Source: Deltaproteobacteria bacterium (GTDB taxonomy: Bacteria > Myxococcota_A > UBA9160 > SZUA-336). Taken from it: 64,000 bases of DNA. This document shows, piece after piece, positions 17,967 to 29,645 of this stretch. The translations under genes were made by a program, and so were the position numbers. Location of the stretch: the NCBI GenBank assembly GCA_029261925.1, contig JAJDAJ010000085.1, positions 24,463-88,462 of the forward strand, in the 5' to 3' direction. Below the pieces are notes generated by a model that ran no database searches, was not told the origin of the DNA, and worked only from the letters and a program-made list of their open reading frames with translations. Position 1 is the first letter of the stretch, and each line of letters starts with the position of its first letter.

Positions 17967-19166
17967 GTGAGCCACGTCCCCGCAATCGTCGTCGCACTCG
18001 CCGCCCTGCTGGCGGCGCCGGCCGCGGCCCACACGCGGAGCCAGTCCTTCTCGAGCTGGCATGTCGAGGGCGACGAGGTCACGATCAGCTTCAGCGTGCG
18101 CTCGCGCGAGGTCACGCGTCTGCCGCCGCTCGAGGGTCCGATCCCGCAGCTCGATGCGCTGCTCGCCGCGCACCTGCGCGAGCGGATCGGGGCCCGGTCG
18201 GGGGAGCAGCCGTGCCGGCCGCTCGCCGAACCGCGCCCGCTGGCGGCGCAGCCCGGCTTCGAGCGGGTCGAGCTGCGACTGGTCTGCCCTCCGGGGAGCG
18301 AGCTCTGGATCCGGGTCGAGAGCTTCTTCGAGGTGGCCCCGGGCCACGTGCACTTCGCGCGCGTGCGGATCGACGGGGGCGCGCCGGTCGAGCACCTGCT
18401 GACCGCCGGCCGCACACGGGCGCCCGTCTCGGGCGGGGCGGGAGCCGGTGCGGGCGCCTCGTTCGCGGGCTACGTGCGCCTGGGCGTGGAGCACATCGCG
18501 GGCGGGCTCGACCACCTGGCGTTCCTGGCCGCGCTGCTGCTCCTGCTGCCGGACCTGCGCCAGGTGGCCTGGGTGATCACCGGGTTCACGCTCGGGCACT
18601 CGATCACGCTCTCGCTGGCGGTGCTCGGTCTCGTGCGGCCGCACGCGGAGCTGGTGGAGGCGCTGATCGGTTTCACGATCGCGCTGGTGGCCGTGGAGAA
18701 CATCGGCGTCGCGTCGGGGCGCACGCGCCAGCTCGCGGACCTGGGCGGCGGCGTGCTGGCGGGTCTCGCGATCCTCGGAGCCCTGTCGGGGAGCGGGCCG
18801 GCCCCGAGCGTGCTGCTCGGCCTCGCGCTGTTCACGGGCTGCTACCTGCGCCTGGTGCACGATGCGTCCCGGGCGCGGCGCGTCCGCCCCGCGATCACCG
18901 CGCTGTTCGGGCTCGTGCACGGTCTCGGCTTCGCGAGCGTGCTGCTGCAGGTCGGCCTGCCGCGTGACCGCCTGCTGCCCGCGCTGCTCGGCTTCAACGT
19001 CGGCGTCGAGCTCGGGCAGCTGCTGATCGTGGGCGCGACGCTCGCGCTGGCCGCGCTCCTGCTGGCGCGCTGGCGCAAGCTGCCCCGCGCGCTGCTGGGC
19101 GATGCCTGCTCGGCGCTGCTCTGCGCGCTGGGCGTGTACTGGTTCGTGTCCCGCGCCTACGGCTGA
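17967..19166 (+). CDS. HupE/UreJ-2 family membrane protein with extra N-terminal periplasmic domain
   Basis: GTG 17967 is in frame with the track ORF. Signal peptide 'AIVVALAALLAAPAAAH'. The C-terminal multi-TM domain carries 'GVEHIAGGLDHLAFLAALLLL', 'GFTLGHSITL' and 'LFGLVHGLGFA'. Confidence 0.8.
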   Translation: MSHVPAIVVALAALLAAPAAAHTRSQSFSSWHVEGDEVTISFSVRSREVTRLPPLEGPIPQLDALLAAHLRERIGARSGEQPCRPLAEPRPLAAQPGFERVELRLVCPPGSELWIRVESFFEVAPGHVHFARVRIDGGAPVEHLLTAGRTRAPVSGGAGAGAGASFAGYVRLGVEHIAGGLDHLAFLAALLLLLPDLRQVAWVITGFTLGHSITLSLAVLGLVRPHAELVEALIGFTIALVAVENIGVASGRTRQLADLGGGVLAGLAILGALSGSGPAPSVLLGLALFTGCYLRLVHDASRARRVRPAITALFGLVHGLGFASVLLQVGLPRDRLLPALLGFNVGVELGQLLIVGATLALAALLLARWRKLPRALLGDACSALLCALGVYWFVSRAYG

Positions 19167-19304
19167 TACAATCTTGCACGGAGCGGGCCGGCCAGGCGGT
19201 CCGGACGGGGTTCCACCTACAATGATCCGCCCGGGAGCCGCCTCTCGTCTGCAAGTGCGCACGCCCGCGAGTCCGGGAAGCCCGGCGCAGATGACGTGGC
19301 GCCC

Positions 19305-19318
19305 ACCTGGTACCAGGT
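19305..19318. repeat. perfect 14-bp palindrome ACCTGGTACCAGGT in convergent intergenic region
   Basis: The sequence 'acctggtaccaggt' equals its own reverse complement. Confidence 0.9.
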
Positions 19319-19364
19319 AGGGCGGAGGCCCGGAAATACCGCCGCCGGCCCGCTCCTGTGCCGC

Positions 19365-20123
19365 TCACGCGGCGCCGCCTCGGGGCGAGGCCCGGAGCAG
19401 GTCGCGCAGCGCGCGGATGCGCGCGGCGTTCGCACCGAGGTCGCCGCCCCCCACCCGCGAGTTGGAGCGCACGTCCACGAGTGAGCCGCCCGGCCCGGGC
19501 CGGATGCGGATCACCACGTCGTCCACGAAGCGGAAGACCGGGGTCACGTCGTGTGCCTCGATCACGCCGCTGCCGCGGTCGGCGCTCGTGATCGTCCAGC
19601 CCAGGGAATCCGCGGCCTGCCGCGCCCTGTCGAAGACCTGGTCAGGGGCCGCCGCGAGCTCGAGGGTCTCCAGGTCGGGAAAGGCCTCCCGCTGCTGCGG
19701 GGGGACCGTCTCGCCGCCGTCGGGATAGAGCACGCCGTTCACGCGGCCGGGTGCGTCGCGGACGGCCGCGGAGAAGACCGGCGGATCCTCGATGCTGGTC
19801 GTCACGTCGTGGATCGGCGGCGCGCCGCCCGAGCCGAGCGCGGGCCCGAGCAGGGCCGCGACCGCCAGCCCGCCGGTGGCCAGCCCCTGCAGGGCGCGGC
19901 TGCGCCCCGCCAGCCCGGTGCTGCGGCGCGTGCGCAGCACGCCGAGTCCGCCGAGCAGGAGTGCGAGGATGCCGAGCAGCAGCCCGCCGGGGGCGGCGAT
20001 GCGGAAGCCCTCGAACGGCGAGAGCAGGCGGGCGTGGATGCCGCCGACGCCGATCAGCAGCAGCAGCAGGGCTCCGGCGCCGAGCGCGGCGGCGAGCGAG
20101 GCGATGAGGGATCGCTGGGGCAT
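19365..20123 (-). CDS. DUF1499 domain membrane protein
   Basis: Two N-terminal TM helices are followed by 'VIRIRPGPGGSLVDVRSNSRVGGGDLGANAARIRALR', a DUF1499-type signature. Confidence 0.75.
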   Translation of the reverse strand: MPQRSLIASLAAALGAGALLLLLIGVGGIHARLLSPFEGFRIAAPGGLLLGILALLLGGLGVLRTRRSTGLAGRSRALQGLATGGLAVAALLGPALGSGGAPPIHDVTTSIEDPPVFSAAVRDAPGRVNGVLYPDGGETVPPQQREAFPDLETLELAAAPDQVFDRARQAADSLGWTITSADRGSGVIEAHDVTPVFRFVDDVVIRIRPGPGGSLVDVRSNSRVGGGDLGANAARIRALRDLLRASPRGGAA

Positions 20124-20156
20124 CGGGCCTCCCGCATTCGAGCGGGCGGCAGGATA

Positions 20157-21185
20157 TCAGACGTGCGCGGCGCAGACGCGGTTGCGTCCCTCGCTCTTGG
20201 CCTCGTACAGCGCGGCGTCGGCCTCGGCCACCAGCGCCTCCCAGCTCGCCGCGGCGGTGGCCGGGGTCAGGCCCGCGACACCGCAGCTCAGGGTCACCAT
20301 GCCCAGGGGCGACTGCTCGTGCGGGATCGACTGCAGGGCGACGAGCTCCACGAGGCGCCTGCAGAGCTCCACCGCCCCGTGCTCGCTGGTCTCCGGCATC
20401 AGCAGCAGGAGCTCCTCGCCGCCGTAGCGATACAGGCTGTCGGCACGGCGCAGGTCGCAGCGCAGGCAGCGCGTGATCTGGCGCAGGACCTCGTCGCCCC
20501 CGAGATGCCCGTAGTGGTCGTTGTAGAGCTTGAAGTGGTCGACGTCGAACATGGCGACCGTGTAATGGCGGTCGTAGCGTGAGGACACGCTGTGGATGCG
20601 GTCCAGCTCGATCTCGAGCGCGCGGCGGTTGCCGATGCCGAGCAGTCCGTCCTCGAGCGAGAGCGCCTCGAGCCGCTCGAGGGCCGCCTCGAGCTCGCCG
20701 GTGCGCTCCTGCACCATCAGCTCGAGCTGGTCGCGGTGCTTCTCGAGGTCGCGGGTGTAGCCGCGCAGCACGTCGGTCTGGGTGATGATCCCCACCAGCT
20801 TGCCGGCATCATCCACGACGGGCAGGCGGCGGAACGCGTGCGTGCGCATCACGCGGGCGGCCTCGTCGAGCTCGGTGCCGCCGCGCACCGTGACCGGGTC
20901 CGGCGTCATCACGTCGCGAGCGCAGAGGCCGTCGCTGCCCAGGGTCGCGAGCCCGCTCCCGTGGGTCACGTCCTTGACCAGGCGTACCATGTCGCGCTCG
21001 CTGATCACGCCGACCGGCATGCCGCCGCGCGTGACGGCGATGCACGAGATCCCCGCATCCTGCATGATCGCAGCGACCCGCTCGAGCGCTGTCTCGGGCG
21101 TGACCTGGCGCACGTCGCGCGTCATCAGGCTGGCAATCGTCGTCGGCACGCGGTCTCCCCGCTCGCGGGATTGACGTTTCGCCAC
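20157..21185 (-). CDS. CBS-pair / GGDEF diguanylate cyclase
   Basis: Tandem CBS domains are followed by a coiled linker and 'DHFKLYNDHYGHLGGD...RRADSLYRYGGEELLLL', which gives a GGEEL active site and an RxxD I-site. The start is GTG 21185 or ATG 21125. It must lie below the metH stop at 21283. Confidence 0.85.
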   Translation of the reverse strand: MAKRQSRERGDRVPTTIASLMTRDVRQVTPETALERVAAIMQDAGISCIAVTRGGMPVGVISERDMVRLVKDVTHGSGLATLGSDGLCARDVMTPDPVTVRGGTELDEAARVMRTHAFRRLPVVDDAGKLVGIITQTDVLRGYTRDLEKHRDQLELMVQERTGELEAALERLEALSLEDGLLGIGNRRALEIELDRIHSVSSRYDRHYTVAMFDVDHFKLYNDHYGHLGGDEVLRQITRCLRCDLRRADSLYRYGGEELLLLMPETSEHGAVELCRRLVELVALQSIPHEQSPLGMVTLSCGVAGLTPATAAASWEALVAEADAALYEAKSEGRNRVCAAHV

Positions 21186-21282
21186 ACCCTTCGGTCCTCT
21201 TGCCCCCCAGCTGTAGCGTGCGACGGCGTGACAGCTGGCTCCGGGGGAGACACGCGGCGCTGGTCGCGCCGGATGGCTTGCT

Positions 21283-24939
<3,657 letters not shown>

Positions 24940-25099
24940 GCGGGCAGACCTCGGTTGCTCGGGCTCGGCTGACGGGCCAGGACGGCGCCACGGGGCGCGG
25001 CTGGAGGCGAGAGCATAGGCGAAAGACCGGCGGCTGCGCAGGGCCCCTGCTACCTTGCGTCGTCCGGGAGCCCGACCGGGATCCGCGCTGGGAGGACCC

Positions 25100-26557
25100 A
25101 TGAGCGAGCACCGCGCGCCGGCGTCGGCACTGCCCTTCTTCGAATCGCGCTTCGGCCTCGACGACCGCCGCCTGGCCGCCGCGCTCGACACCGCCCTGGC
25201 GCGCCCCGTGGACCACGCGGAGCTGTACTTCGAGTACACGACCACGGACTCGGTCTCGCTCGAGGAGGGCATGGTCAAGACCGGGAGCCGCCACCTCGAC
25301 CAGGGGGTGGGCGTGCGCGCGATCGCCGGCGAGCGCCAGGGCTACGCGCACAGCGACGACGTGACGGTCGAGAGCGTGGAGCTGGCGGCCACGACCGCGC
25401 GCGCGATCGCGCGCGGCGACGCGGCCGATCGCCGGGTCGCGGTCCGGGCGAGAGGCGAGCTGCCCGATCTGTACCCCGTGGCGCTGCCGCCGACGGACGT
25501 CCCCGTGGCCGACAAGGTGAGCCTGCTCGAGCAGATCGACGCCCGGGCGCGCGCCTGCGACCCGCGGGTGGAGCAGGTCATGGCCAGTGTCGTGGCCGAG
25601 CACAAGCACGTGCTGATCGCGAGCAGCGACGGAACGCTGGTCGGAGACGTGCGCCCGCTGGTGCGGCTGAACGTGCAGGTGATGGTCGAGCAGGGCGGCC
25701 GCCGCGAGCTGGCCTACCAGGGCACGGGCGGGCGCTTCGAGCTCGACATCCTGGCGGACCCCGCGCAGTGGGGCGCGCTGGTGGACGAGGCCGTGCGCCA
25801 GGCGCTGGTGAACCTGGAGGCCGTGCCCTGTCCGGCCGGCTCGATGGACGTGGTGCTCGGGCCGGGCTGGCCCGGCATCCTGCTGCACGAGGCCGTCGGG
25901 CACGGTCTGGAGGGCGACTTCAATCGCAAGGGCACGTCGGCGTTCGCCGGGCGCATCGGTGAGCGCGTCGCCGCTCCGGGCGTGACCGTGATCGACGACG
26001 GCACCCTGCCGTGTCGCCGCGGCTCGCTGAACGTCGACGACGAGGGCACGCCGACCCGCCGTACGGTCCTGATCGAGGACGGTGTGCTGGCGGGTTACAT
26101 GCAGGACCGTCTCAACGCGCGGCTCATGGGCGTCGCGCCCACGGGCAACGGCCGCCGTGAAAGCTACCAGCACCTGCCGATGCCGCGCATGACCAACACG
26201 TTCATGCTCGCCGGTGAGGACGACCCCGCGGACATCCTGCGCTCCGTGGACAGCGGGCTGTACGCGGTCTCGTTCGGGGGCGGCCAGGTCGACATCACCA
26301 GCGGCAAGTTCGTCTTCTCCGCGAGCGAGGCCTACCGGATCGAGGGCGGGCGCATCGGCGCACCGGTGAAGGGCGCGACGCTGATCGGCAACGGCCCCGA
26401 CGTGCTCACGCGCGTCTCGCGGATCGGCCACGACCTGCGCCTGGACGCCGGCGTGGGCACCTGCGGCAAGGACGGGCAGGGCGTGCCCGTGGGCGTGGGC
26501 ATGCCGACGGTGCGCATCGATGCCCTGACCGTCGGCGGCACCGAGGGCGCGGCGTGA
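25100..26557 (+). CDS. tldD: metalloprotease TldD
   Basis: ATG 25100 has GGAGG 5 nt upstream. Motifs: 'HAELYFEY...[17 protein letters not shown]' and '[13 protein letters not shown]' (HExxxH). Confidence 0.9.
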   Translation: MSEHRAPASALPFFESRFGLDDRRLAAALDTALARPVDHAELYFEYTTTDSVSLEEGMVKTGSRHLDQGVGVRAIAGERQGYAHSDDVTVESVELAATTARAIARGDAADRRVAVRARGELPDLYPVALPPTDVPVADKVSLLEQIDARARACDPRVEQVMASVVAEHKHVLIASSDGTLVGDVRPLVRLNVQVMVEQGGRRELAYQGTGGRFELDILADPAQWGALVDEAVRQALVNLEAVPCPAGSMDVVLGPGWPGILLHEAVGHGLEGDFNRKGTSAFAGRIGERVAAPGVTVIDDGTLPCRRGSLNVDDEGTPTRRTVLIEDGVLAGYMQDRLNARLMGVAPTGNGRRESYQHLPMPRMTNTFMLAGEDDPADILRSVDSGLYAVSFGGGQVDITSGKFVFSASEAYRIEGGRIGAPVKGATLIGNGPDVLTRVSRIGHDLRLDAGVGTCGKDGQGVPVGVGMPTVRIDALTVGGTEGAA

Positions 26558-27912
26558 GCGACATCGCGCTGATCGTCGACCGCGCGCTCGCGGCCGCCAG
26601 CGACGCGGGCGCCGCCGCGGCCGACGCGGTACTGATCGAGGCGGAGGTGCTCGAGACCCGCGTGCGCGGCGACGAGATCGAGTTCGTCAAGCAGGCGCGC
26701 GAGCGCACCCTGGGCATCCGCGCCTACGCCCGCGGCCGCGGCGGGCTGCGCACGGCGATCACCTCGACCGCCGACCTCGCCGCCGATGCGGTCGACCGGA
26801 TGGCGGCCGAGACGGTGGCGCTGGCCCGCGCCACCGCCGCCGATCCCGCGGCGGGCCTGCCCGACGGTGGCCTCGAGTCGGAGGTTCCCGATCTCGACCT
26901 CTTCGAGCCGCGCGACCACCCGTTCGATCCCGACACGCGGATCGCGGCGGCGCGCGAGGCCGAGGCCGCGGCCCGGGCCGTCGACGCGCGCGTGGTCAAC
27001 TCCGAGGGCTCGCAGGCGAGCTCCAGCTTCCGCGAGGTCTGCTACGGCAGCACCGCCGGATTCTCGGGCCGCTACCGGGCCGCGAGCCACTCGCTGTTCT
27101 GCGAGCCCCTGGCGCGCAACGGCGCAGGCATGCAGCGCGACTACTGGATGACCGTCTCGCGCAGGCTCTCCGGCCTCGAGGATCCGGCGAGCGTGGGCCG
27201 CCGCGCCGCGGCACGGGCGCTGCGCCGGCTGGGCGCCCGCCCCGTCGAGACCTGCGAGGTGCCGGTGCTCTTCGACCCGCTGGTCGCGCCGGGCCTGATC
27301 CGCCAGCTGGCCAGCTGCCTGAACGGCTACTCGATCTACCGCGGCACCAGCCTCTTCGCGGGCCGCCTGGGCGAGCGCGTCGCCAGCGAGCACGTGACCA
27401 TCATCGACGACGGCCGGCTCCCGGGCGGGCTCGGCAGCCGGCCCTTCGACGGTGAGGGCCTGCCGACGCGGCGCAACGTGCTGGTCGAGGCGGGCGAGCT
27501 GCGCTCCTACGTGCTCGACACCTACTCCGCGCGCAAGCTCTCGCTCGCGTCGACCGGCAGCGCCACGCGCTCGGCGGGCGGCGCGCCGACCGCCTCGACC
27601 ACCAACCTCTGGCTCGAGCCCGGAACGACGCCGGTCGACGAGATCATCGGCTCGACGCGCCGCGGGCTGCTGGTCACCGAGCTCATCGGTATGGGCTTCA
27701 ACCCCGTCACCGGTGACTACTCGCGCGGGGCCGCGGGGCTGTGGATCGAGAACGGCGAGATCGTCCACCCGGTCGAGGAGGTGACGATCGCGGGCAACCT
27801 CGCCGACATGCTGCTGGGGATCGACGCGGTCGGCGACGACCTGGTCTGGTTCGGCAGCGCGGCGTCGCCGACGCTGCGCATCGAGCGCATGACCGTCGCG
27901 GGACGCAGCTAG
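26554..27912 (+). CDS. pmbA: metalloprotease PmbA/TldE
   Basis: GTG 26554 overlaps the tldD stop (GTGA). The protein follows the TldD/PmbA family layout, with 'GDEIEFVKQARERTLGIRAY' and 'GFNPVTGDYSRGAAGLWIENGEI'. Confidence 0.9.
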   Translation: MSDIALIVDRALAAASDAGAAAADAVLIEAEVLETRVRGDEIEFVKQARERTLGIRAYARGRGGLRTAITSTADLAADAVDRMAAETVALARATAADPAAGLPDGGLESEVPDLDLFEPRDHPFDPDTRIAAAREAEAAARAVDARVVNSEGSQASSSFREVCYGSTAGFSGRYRAASHSLFCEPLARNGAGMQRDYWMTVSRRLSGLEDPASVGRRAAARALRRLGARPVETCEVPVLFDPLVAPGLIRQLASCLNGYSIYRGTSLFAGRLGERVASEHVTIIDDGRLPGGLGSRPFDGEGLPTRRNVLVEAGELRSYVLDTYSARKLSLASTGSATRSAGGAPTASTTNLWLEPGTTPVDEIIGSTRRGLLVTELIGMGFNPVTGDYSRGAAGLWIENGEIVHPVEEVTIAGNLADMLLGIDAVGDDLVWFGSAASPTLRIERMTVAGRS

Positions 27913-27949
27913 CAGGCGGCTGAAGAGCCCGTTCGTCGCCGCGCGGCGC

Positions 27950-28825
27950 TCAGAGCATGGCGGCGAGCTGGGTCGCGAAGCGATCCGGCGCGATGCCGCT
28001 CGCCTCGAGCAGCGCTGCCAGCTCCGGGTGCAGGATGCCCGGCTCGCCGCGCAGCACCCCGAGGATCTGGCGCGGGGAGAGCGTTTGCAGCGGGCCGCTG
28101 TCCCCCTCGACGGCGATCTCGCCGGCCCCGGACTGTCCCGGGATCAGCGTCGCGCGCAGCCGCGGGGGCGCCGTGCGGGTCTGCTCGCTGGCGGCTCCGG
28201 CGGTCCCGGGCTCCGCTTCCGGCGCTGCCGGCAGCGGTCCCGGACGCGGCAGGGCCAGCGCGATCTCGAAGGGCGCCGCGTCCGGCCAGGTGGCACCGAA
28301 GCCCGCGTGCAGCTCGATGGCGTGGGGCGCGCCGGGCGCGCGGCCGGCCACCCGTGCGCTCCCGCGCTCCACCCGGAGCACGGCGGTCTCGCCCTTCACG
28401 GCGACGTCCACGGCGCCGCTGCCCAGCGAAACCGTGAGCGCGTCGGCGCGCAGGCGGAGATCGCGCGCGAGCCCGCGCCGCGAGACGCTGGCCCGGCAGC
28501 GGCCGTTCTCGAGGTAGACGCTCTCGAGCGCTCCGGGCTGCTCCGTCTCCAGACGCAGCGTCGTCTCGTCGGACAGGTCGAGCGTGACGCCTGCCGCGGT
28601 CAGCTGCGCGTGGCCTGCGTCGGGGATGCGCAGCGCGTCGCCGGCGGTGAGCGTCTGGCCGGGCCGCGCGGGCTCCCAGATCGGCAGACCCGAGCGCGCG
28701 ATCTCGACCCGTCCTCGCAGCGCATCGAGCGCCCAGTCGTCGGCCGGAACGGGCACCGCGCTCAGCGACAGAAGCAGCACCCCGGCGAGGGAGAGCGTGT
28801 GTCGGATTCGCCGCAGACACCTCAT
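27950..28825 (-). CDS. FecR-domain periplasmic protein
   Basis: ATG 28825 ('MRCLRRIRHTLSLAGVLLLSLSAVPVPA' signal). 'GRVEIARSGLPIWEPARPGQTLTAGDALRIPDAGHAQLTAAGVTLDLSDETTLRLE' is FecR-like. Confidence 0.7.
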   Translation of the reverse strand: MRCLRRIRHTLSLAGVLLLSLSAVPVPADDWALDALRGRVEIARSGLPIWEPARPGQTLTAGDALRIPDAGHAQLTAAGVTLDLSDETTLRLETEQPGALESVYLENGRCRASVSRRGLARDLRLRADALTVSLGSGAVDVAVKGETAVLRVERGSARVAGRAPGAPHAIELHAGFGATWPDAAPFEIALALPRPGPLPAAPEAEPGTAGAASEQTRTAPPRLRATLIPGQSGAGEIAVEGDSGPLQTLSPRQILGVLRGEPGILHPELAALLEASGIAPDRFATQLAAML

Positions 28826-28934
28826 GCCGCGAGCTATCGGTGCCGTCACGCGCGAACCTGAGCGACACGGGAGGACCGGGAACGTGGCTCCCGGAGGCCT
28901 GCTAGGATCGCGGGCCTTGGAGGGAGCCGTCCGC

Positions 28935-29645
28935 GTGAGATGGCCTGGCACGACTGCTCTGCGGGCGCTCTGCCCGCTCGCGCGCCTGACGCTCGCGCTG
29001 GGGCTCGCGTTCGCGTTCGCGCCGGGAGCGAGCGCCGACGAGGCGGCGGACGTCGCGCACGCGCGCACACTGGCGCGCAGCCACTGGTTCCACGGGGTTC
29101 CCTACGCGGCTGCGCGCGCGCTGCGTCCCGCCGGCATCCGCTGGCTGGCGGCGCTGCTCGACGATCCGCGGGAGGTGGCGCATCACGCCAACGCGGTCAT
29201 CGCCCTGGGCATGAGCGAGCACCCGCTGGCGCTCGAGCCGCTCCAGCGGCTGGCGCGGAGCGAGCCGCGCGGGGAGCTGACCCGCGACGCCTACCGCGTG
29301 CGCATGGCGCTGCCATACGCGCTGGGCCACCTGGCCCGCGTCGATCGCCGCGCCCTGGAGCTGCTCGAGGAGCGCCTCGACCGCGACGCCTCGGCCACCT
29401 GGTCGTACGGGCAGCTGCGCGGCGAGCGGCTGCGCCGGCAGCTCGAGCGCAGCGGGATCAGCGCGCTGGGCATCACCGGACAGCAGGCGGCGCTCGACGC
29501 GTTCGAGGCCCGGCGCGCGCTCGCGGGGCGTGCGGCGCGCGCCGATGAGCCGGCGCTCCGGCGCCACATCGCCGCGTCCCGGGAGCTCTGCGAGCGCGTC
29601 TCGCGCGAGGGTCCCGCACGCGTCTTCGAGCGGCGGCCCCGATGA
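28935..29645 (+). CDS. secreted helical-repeat (HEAT-like) hypothetical protein
   Basis: GTG 28935 has GGAGGGAG about 8 nt upstream. Signal peptide 'LCPLARLTLALGLAFAFAPGASA'. The body is Leu/Ala/Arg-rich helical repeats such as 'IRWLAALLDDPREVAHHANAVIALGMSEHPLALEPLQRLA'. Confidence 0.5.
   Translation: MRWPGTTALRALCPLARLTLALGLAFAFAPGASADEAADVAHARTLARSHWFHGVPYAAARALRPAGIRWLAALLDDPREVAHHANAVIALGMSEHPLALEPLQRLARSEPRGELTRDAYRVRMALPYALGHLARVDRRALELLEERLDRDASATWSYGQLRGERLRRQLERSGISALGITGQQAALDAFEARRALAGRAARADEPALRRHIAASRELCERVSREGPARVFERRPR

Noticed and set aside
19167-19364. SRP (4.5S) RNA or cobalamin riboswitch in the HupE/DUF1499 spacer, prompted by 'GCAGATGACG' and 'AGGCCCGGAAATACCGCC' resemblances.
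   Set aside because: The conserved SRP helix-8 'GGAA...AGCAGCC' core is absent, as are the riboswitch GCCACTG and GGTG..AA..CC motifs. The spacer lies between convergent genes, so no gene is downstream for a riboswitch. I kept it only as an unexplained structured region.
24940-25099. Possible SAH/SAM or B12 riboswitch in the metH leader or the divergent tldD spacer.
   Set aside because: I could not find any of the conserved cores by eye. MetH is also not a typical B12-riboswitch target. Only an Rfam scan could change this.
28940-29548. Alternative-frame ORF 28940-29548 ('MAWHDCSAG...') overlapping the HEAT-like gene.
   Set aside because: Its product is extremely Arg/Ala-rich. The chosen frame instead gives a signal peptide, a GGAGGGAG SD and an ATGA overlap with the next gene.
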